A stretch of 64,000 nucleotides of DNA from NCBI GenBank assembly GCA_038087875.1, contig CM075996.1:2048001-2112000 (forward strand), written 5' to 3'. This document shows, piece after piece, positions 59,801-64,000 of the stretch (positions are counted from its first letter, which is position 1; each line of letters opens with the position of its first letter). The position numbers and the translations under genes are program-made. The notes below the pieces were generated by a model. The model saw only the letters and a list, made by a program, of their open reading frames with translations, was not told the DNA's origin and made no database searches. This DNA is from Malacoraja senta (taxonomy: Eukaryota).

Positions 59801-62774
59801 TCTCGCACTTTCTCTTTGTAGGTGTTTCAGTTGACTGAAGGGATGCCACACAAAGGCTTCTTCTACCCACCCACCCTCATCACCAACGTGAACACCACAT
59901 CCCGCGTGGTTCGTGAAGAGGTTAGTGGCGTTTTCCTCCGAGAGTTCCATTTACTTGAGCCACGAATGATTTATTGCAGCCCTTCTCTTTAACGCCTTTT
60001 TACTGTGATTTATTAGCTGCAAGGTTCTACATTTAGCCCTGCATCTCGCCCCTCTTTCTACAGAGCTCCAGCACACTTCGAGGGGGATAGAATACAAATA
60101 AAAACAGGGATGTTATGCTGAGGCTCTATAAGGCGCTAGTCAGGTCGCATTTGGAGTATTGTGAGCAATTTTGGGCACCATAATCTGAGGAAGGATGTGC
60201 TGGCCCTGGAGAGGGTCCAGAGGAGGTTTACAAGAACGAACCCAGGAATGAGTGGGTTAACATATAATGAGTGGGTTAACATATGATGAGCGTTTGACGG
60301 CACTGGGCCTGTACTCGCTGGAGTTTAGAAGGATGAGGGGAGACCTCATTGAAACTTACCGAATAGTGAAAGGCCTAGATCGAGAGGATGTGGAAAGGAC
60401 ATTGCCATGAATGGGGGGAGTCTAGGACTAGAGGTCATAACCTCAGAATTAAAGGACATTCCATTAGGAAGGAGTTGAGGAGGAATTTCTTTAGTCAAAG
60501 TGTGGTGAATCTGTGGAATTCTTTGCCACAGAAGGCTGTGGAGGCCAAGACAATGAGTATTTTTATGGCACAGATAGATAGATTCTTCATTAGTACGGGT
60601 GTCAGGGGTTATGTGGAGAAAGCAGGAGAATGGGGTTAGGAGGGAAAGATAGATCAGCCATGATTAAATGGTGGAGTAGACTTGATGGGCCGAATGGCCT
60701 TATTCTGCTGCTATCACTTATGAACTTTGTTTATGATGTTGATTCAATCGTACTTTTGAAATAAACATGGGATTTTGCACCAGCTGTTACTGCCAAGTCT
60801 AGGTAGTGTTACCTACCACACTCAGCAGCTGCTCAGTGTGGAAGGGAGACACAATTTTATCTTCAAAGCTAGCCTGTAGACATGGCAGCAAAGTAGGTGT
60901 GGTAATCAGGAAGGCAGCTGATACGTTGGCCTTTATTGCAAGAGGACTTGAATTGTAGAGAAAGATGTGTTCATGTAGATAGACCTTGGTTCGGCCGCAC
61001 ATAGACTCAAGAAGCTGACGGTCACTCAGCGGGACAGGCAGCATCTCTGGAGAGAAGGAATGGGTGACGTTTCGGGCCAATGGAGAAAAAGGATGGTTAA
61101 GAAAGAACTGCAGATGCTGGAAAAATCTCAGGTAGACAAAAATGCTGGAGAAACTCAGCGGGTGAGGCAACATCCATGGAGAGAAGGAAATAGGCAACGT
61201 TTCGTCGCATATTCCTTCTCTCCAATGATGCTGCCACACCCGCTGGGTTTCTCCAGCATTTTTGTCCACATGAGAAAAAAGGATGGGGTGATGATTCGGA
61301 TCAGACTGAGTCTGAAGAAGGGTCACAACCAGAAACGTCACCCATCCTTTTTCACCAGAGATGCTGCCTGTCCCGCTGAGTTTACTCCAGCATTTTGTGC
61401 CTATCTTCGGTTAAAACCAGCATCTGCAGTTCCTTCCTACACATTGGTTAGACCATACCCGGGATGGTCTCTGCAGGCCACTTCCCCCTTTCTAGCGAAT
61501 GATCACTGCTGTCACTGAATTTAGTGAATGATTGCTCTTTAATTCTTTAGATATTTGGGCCAGTTTTGGTAGCCATGACATTCCGTACTGCGAAGGAGGC
61601 CATTGCCCTGGCAAACAACTCTCCGTATGGACTCGCTGGCAGCGTATGGACTGAGAACCTGCCGCTGGCACTGGAGGTGGCCATGAGGTGACACAGCATG
61701 CATTGACAATAGACAATAGGTGCAGGAGTAGGCCATTCGACTCTTCGAGCCATGCAATGTGATCATGGCTGATCATCCCCAATCAGTACCCCGTTCCTGC
61801 CTTCTTCCCATATCCCCTGACCCCGCTATCTTTAAGAGCCCTATCTAGCTCTCTATTGAAAGCATCCAGAGAACCTGCCTCCACCGCCCTCTGAGGCAGA
61901 GAATTCCACAGACTCACCACTCTCTGTGAGAAAAAGTGTTTCCTCGTCTCCGTTCTAAATGGCTTACTCCTTATTCTTAAACTGTGGCCCCTGGTTCTGG
62001 ACTCCCCCGACAATGGGAACATGTTTCCTGCCTCTAGCGTATCCATACCCTTAATAATCTTTTATGTTTCAATGAGATACCCTCTCATCCTTCTAAACTC
62101 CAGAGTGTACAAGCCCAGCCGCTCCATTCTCTCAGCATATGACAGTCCCGCCATCCCGGGAATTAACCTTGTAAACCTACGCTGCACTCCCTCAATGACA
62201 TTGCTGATGATAGAGTTTCCTCAGTAGAATCCTTAGCTGCTTGCCCCTCCCTCGCCCCAAACCCCTCTGCTTTGGTTTACTTCCATCTTATATTCTCCTC
62301 TCATTTGGTTTTCCCAACTCGCATTCCTCTCCTTCCACCGCTGTCCTTTCTTAGACACAAAATGCTGGAGTAACTCAGCGGGACCGGCAGCACCTCCAGA
62401 TAGAAGGAAAGGGTGACGTTTCGGATCAGACCCTTCTTCTGAGATGTCTGAAGAAGGGTCTCGACCCGAAACATCACCCATTCCTTCTCTCCAGAGATGC
62501 TGCCCGTCCCGCTGAGTTACTCTAGCATTTTACGTCTATCTTCGGTGTCAATCAGCATCTGCAGTTCCTTCCTACACTCTCCCTGGCCTCTCTGCTCGGT
62601 CGATGCAGGCTGTGTTTGTTACTGGTGTTCCTGACTTGTCACCCGGGGCTCTCTCTCTCTCTCTCCAGTTTGAAGGCTGGGTCAGTCTGGGTGAATGGAC
62701 ACAACATCTTTGATGCTGCAGCTGGATTTGGTGGCTACAAAGAGAGTGGCTTTGGACGAGACGGCGGGAAAGAG
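47774..62774 (+). CDS. ALDH16A1: Aldehyde dehydrogenase family 16 gene, exons 2-11 (5' and 3' partial), catalytic residues retained; several apparent indels in exons 3-7
   Basis: [55 protein letters not shown](W)[30 protein letters not shown] and [20 protein letters not shown] are ALDH16 signatures. Confidence 0.9.
49251..49548. mobile_element. Harbinger-like MITE
   Basis: TIR AGCCCTGTCCCACTGTACRAGTTCATTCAAGAG at both ends. Confidence 0.8.
49682..49804 (+). CDS. ALDH16A1: ALDH16 exon 3 ([23 protein letters not shown][AFDVW][11 protein letters not shown][LY]); ~4 single-base deletions
   Basis: ttcag acceptor, gtattg donor; frame is restored by re-expanding GG, TTT, GG and TT/CC runs. Confidence 0.85.
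51789..51968 (+). CDS. ALDH16A1: ALDH16 exon 4 ([12 protein letters not shown]...[24 protein letters not shown]); extra G at 51907
   Basis: ggcag acceptor, gtcagt donor. Confidence 0.92.
54848..54925 (+). CDS. ALDH16A1: ALDH16 exon 5 ([23 protein letters not shown]); oxyanion Asn codon at 54875-77
   Basis: PWNFP motif; one extra and one missing base at the exon ends. Confidence 0.92.
56325..56509 (+). CDS. ALDH16A1: ALDH16 exon 6 ([12 protein letters not shown]...GLPPGVFNV...[12 protein letters not shown]); several indels
   Basis: LKPA and FTGS(T) NAD-binding motifs; gcag acceptor, gtactg donor. Confidence 0.9.
56689..56838 (+). CDS. ALDH16A1: ALDH16 exon 7 ([40 protein letters not shown](W)FNQGQ); general-base Glu at 56741-43
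   Basis: LELGGKSP motif; ~3 single-base deletions; acag acceptor, gtgagt donor. Confidence 0.92.
58564..58761 (+). CDS. ALDH16A1: ALDH16 exon 8 ([13 protein letters not shown]...[11 protein letters not shown]...GAE); catalytic Cys TGC at 58567-69
   Basis: Intact 198-bp exon; cag acceptor, gtgaga donor. Confidence 0.95.
59395..59745 (-). mobile_element. CR1/HER1-type LINE fragment
   Basis: [41 protein letters not shown]. Confidence 0.9.
59822..59920 (+). CDS. ALDH16A1: ALDH16 exon 9 ([33 protein letters not shown])
   Basis: FYPPTL motif; gtag acceptor, gttagt donor, intact. Confidence 0.93.
60075..60725 (+). mobile_element. CR1-type LINE ORF2 3' part
   Basis: [44 protein letters not shown]. 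Confidence 0.9.
61551..61687 (+). CDS. ALDH16A1: ALDH16 exon 10 ([46 protein letters not shown])
   Basis: EEIFGP and ANNSPYGL motifs; intact. Confidence 0.95.
62669..62774 (+). CDS. ALDH16A1: ALDH16 exon 11 ([35 protein letters not shown])
   Basis: [11 protein letters not shown] motif; intact. Confidence 0.95.
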
Positions 62775-62924
62775 GTCAGTGAAGTTGACGTTGTTCCATG
62801 TATTTGTACTCAAAATGCAATAAAGGTTCTTTGCACGCGGACACATTTTAACGGGTGCATCAGATACGGACATTTTGGCCAGTTTGCAACTCCAGGAGCT
62901 TTCAATTCTTCCCTTCCCACCCGC

Positions 62925-63540
62925 ACCACCCCCCTCCCCGGGCACTTTCCCTTGCAACCGCAGGAGATGCTACACTTGTCGCTTTACCTCCCCCCTCGAC
63001 TCCATTCAAGGACCCAAGCAATCGTTCCAGGTGCGACAGAGGTTCACCTGCACCACCTCCAACCTCATCTATTGCATCTGCTGCTCTGGATGTCAGCTGA
63101 TCTACATCGGTGAGACCAAGCGTAGGCTTGGCGATCGTTTCGCCGAACACCTCCGCTCGGTCCGCAACCTGATCTCCCTGTGGCTCGGCACTTCAACTCC
63201 CCCTCCCATTCCGAATCCGACCTTTCTGCCCTGGGCCTCCTCCATGGCCAGAGTGAGCACCACCGGAAATTGGAGGAGCAGCAGCTCATATTCCGCTTGG
63301 GCAGTCTGCACCCCAGCGGCATGAACATTGACTTCTCCAATTTCCGGTAGCCCTTGCTGTCTCCTCCCCTTCTCAGCTCTCCCTCAGCCCTTTGGCTCCT
63401 CCTCTTCCTTTCTTCTTCCCGCCCCCCCCCCCCACCCTACAACAGTCTGAAGAAGAGTTTCAGCCCGAAACGTTGCCTATTTCCTTCGCTCCATAGATGC
63501 TGCCGTACCTGCAGAGTTTCTCCAGCATTTTTGTCTACCT
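62925..63540 (+). mobile_element. Penelope-like retroelement 3' part: Cys-rich linker, GIY-YIG endonuclease (frameshifted), terminal repeat with hammerhead-like motif
   Basis: [47 protein letters not shown], then CTGAAGA..GAAACGTT at 63447-63474. Confidence 0.9.
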
Positions 63541-63719
63541 TCCAGGAGCTTTAGTTTAGAGCGGAAACGGGCCCTTCGGCCCACCGAGTCCGCTCCGACC
63601 AGCAATCCCCGCACACTAACACTATCCTACACACACTGGGGACAATTTATACTTATATCTACAAGCACTATTGCTTAATGTGGACATTCACAGTTGCCTT
63701 AGCCCCCTCCCACCCAACT

Positions 63720-64000
63720 CTGTTGCCAAACACTTTAACTCCCCCTCCCATTCTCACACTGACCTCTCTGTCCTGGGCCTCCTCCACTGTCAGAGTGAGG
63801 CCAAACACAAATTGGAGGAACAGCGCCTCGTATTTCGCTTGGGCAGCTTACAACCTGGCGGGATCAAACTTGATTTCTCTAACTTCAAGTAATCCTTGCA
63901 TCCCCTCTTTCTCCATCCACCCCGGCATCCTGGTCAACGTACTAGTTTCACTGTTTGTATCACTCGTTATCACCATCTCCACAGCCAACAATAGGCCATT
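63720..64000 (+). mobile_element. Second Penelope-like GIY-YIG C-terminal fragment
   Basis: [47 protein letters not shown]. Confidence 0.85.

Noticed and set aside
47774..62774. Bacterial contamination or recent horizontal transfer of the bacterial-looking ALDH16
   Set aside because: The gene has ten visible exons with GT-AG introns filled with host repeats
47774..62774. ALDH1/ALDH2 assignment
   Set aside because: [37 protein letters not shown] and FRTAKEA match ALDH16 rather than ALDH1/2
62875..63324. Host zinc-finger or nuclease gene, or an extra ALDH16 exon
   Set aside because: Frameshifted Penelope GIY-YIG fragment with homologous pieces elsewhere in the window

Overview
Vertebrate genomic DNA, almost certainly an elasmobranch (skate/ray-like), judged by abundant HE1-type V-SINEs and CR1/HER1-type LINE tails. 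Two spliced genes lie on the + strand, separated by a 200-N gap (44993-45192). (1) An EPS8L1-like gene (PTB, SH3 and C-terminal SAM/PNT-like effector region) has 20 hand-traced coding exons at 5299-40441 (~706 aa), with one apparent 1-bp frameshift. (2) The 5' half of an ALDH16 gene is present (exons 2-11, 47774-62774). Exon 1 is not visible and the gene runs off the window. This ALDH16 keeps the full catalytic set (PWNFP Asn, LELGGKSP Glu, FNQGQVCSAG Cys) that mammalian ALDH16A1 has lost. Exons 3-7 carry many single-base indels that look like long-read consensus errors. Introns are packed with CR1, L2, Rex-Babar, Tx1 and Penelope-like retroelement pieces, Harbinger-like MITEs and satellites. 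The most unusual non-genic signal is a family of short Penelope-derived, often fold-back elements carrying a minimal hammerhead-ribozyme-like core (CTGAAGA-stem-GAAACGTH). There are also several satellites seeded from LINE/SINE 3' ends. All calls are by eye; no searches were run.
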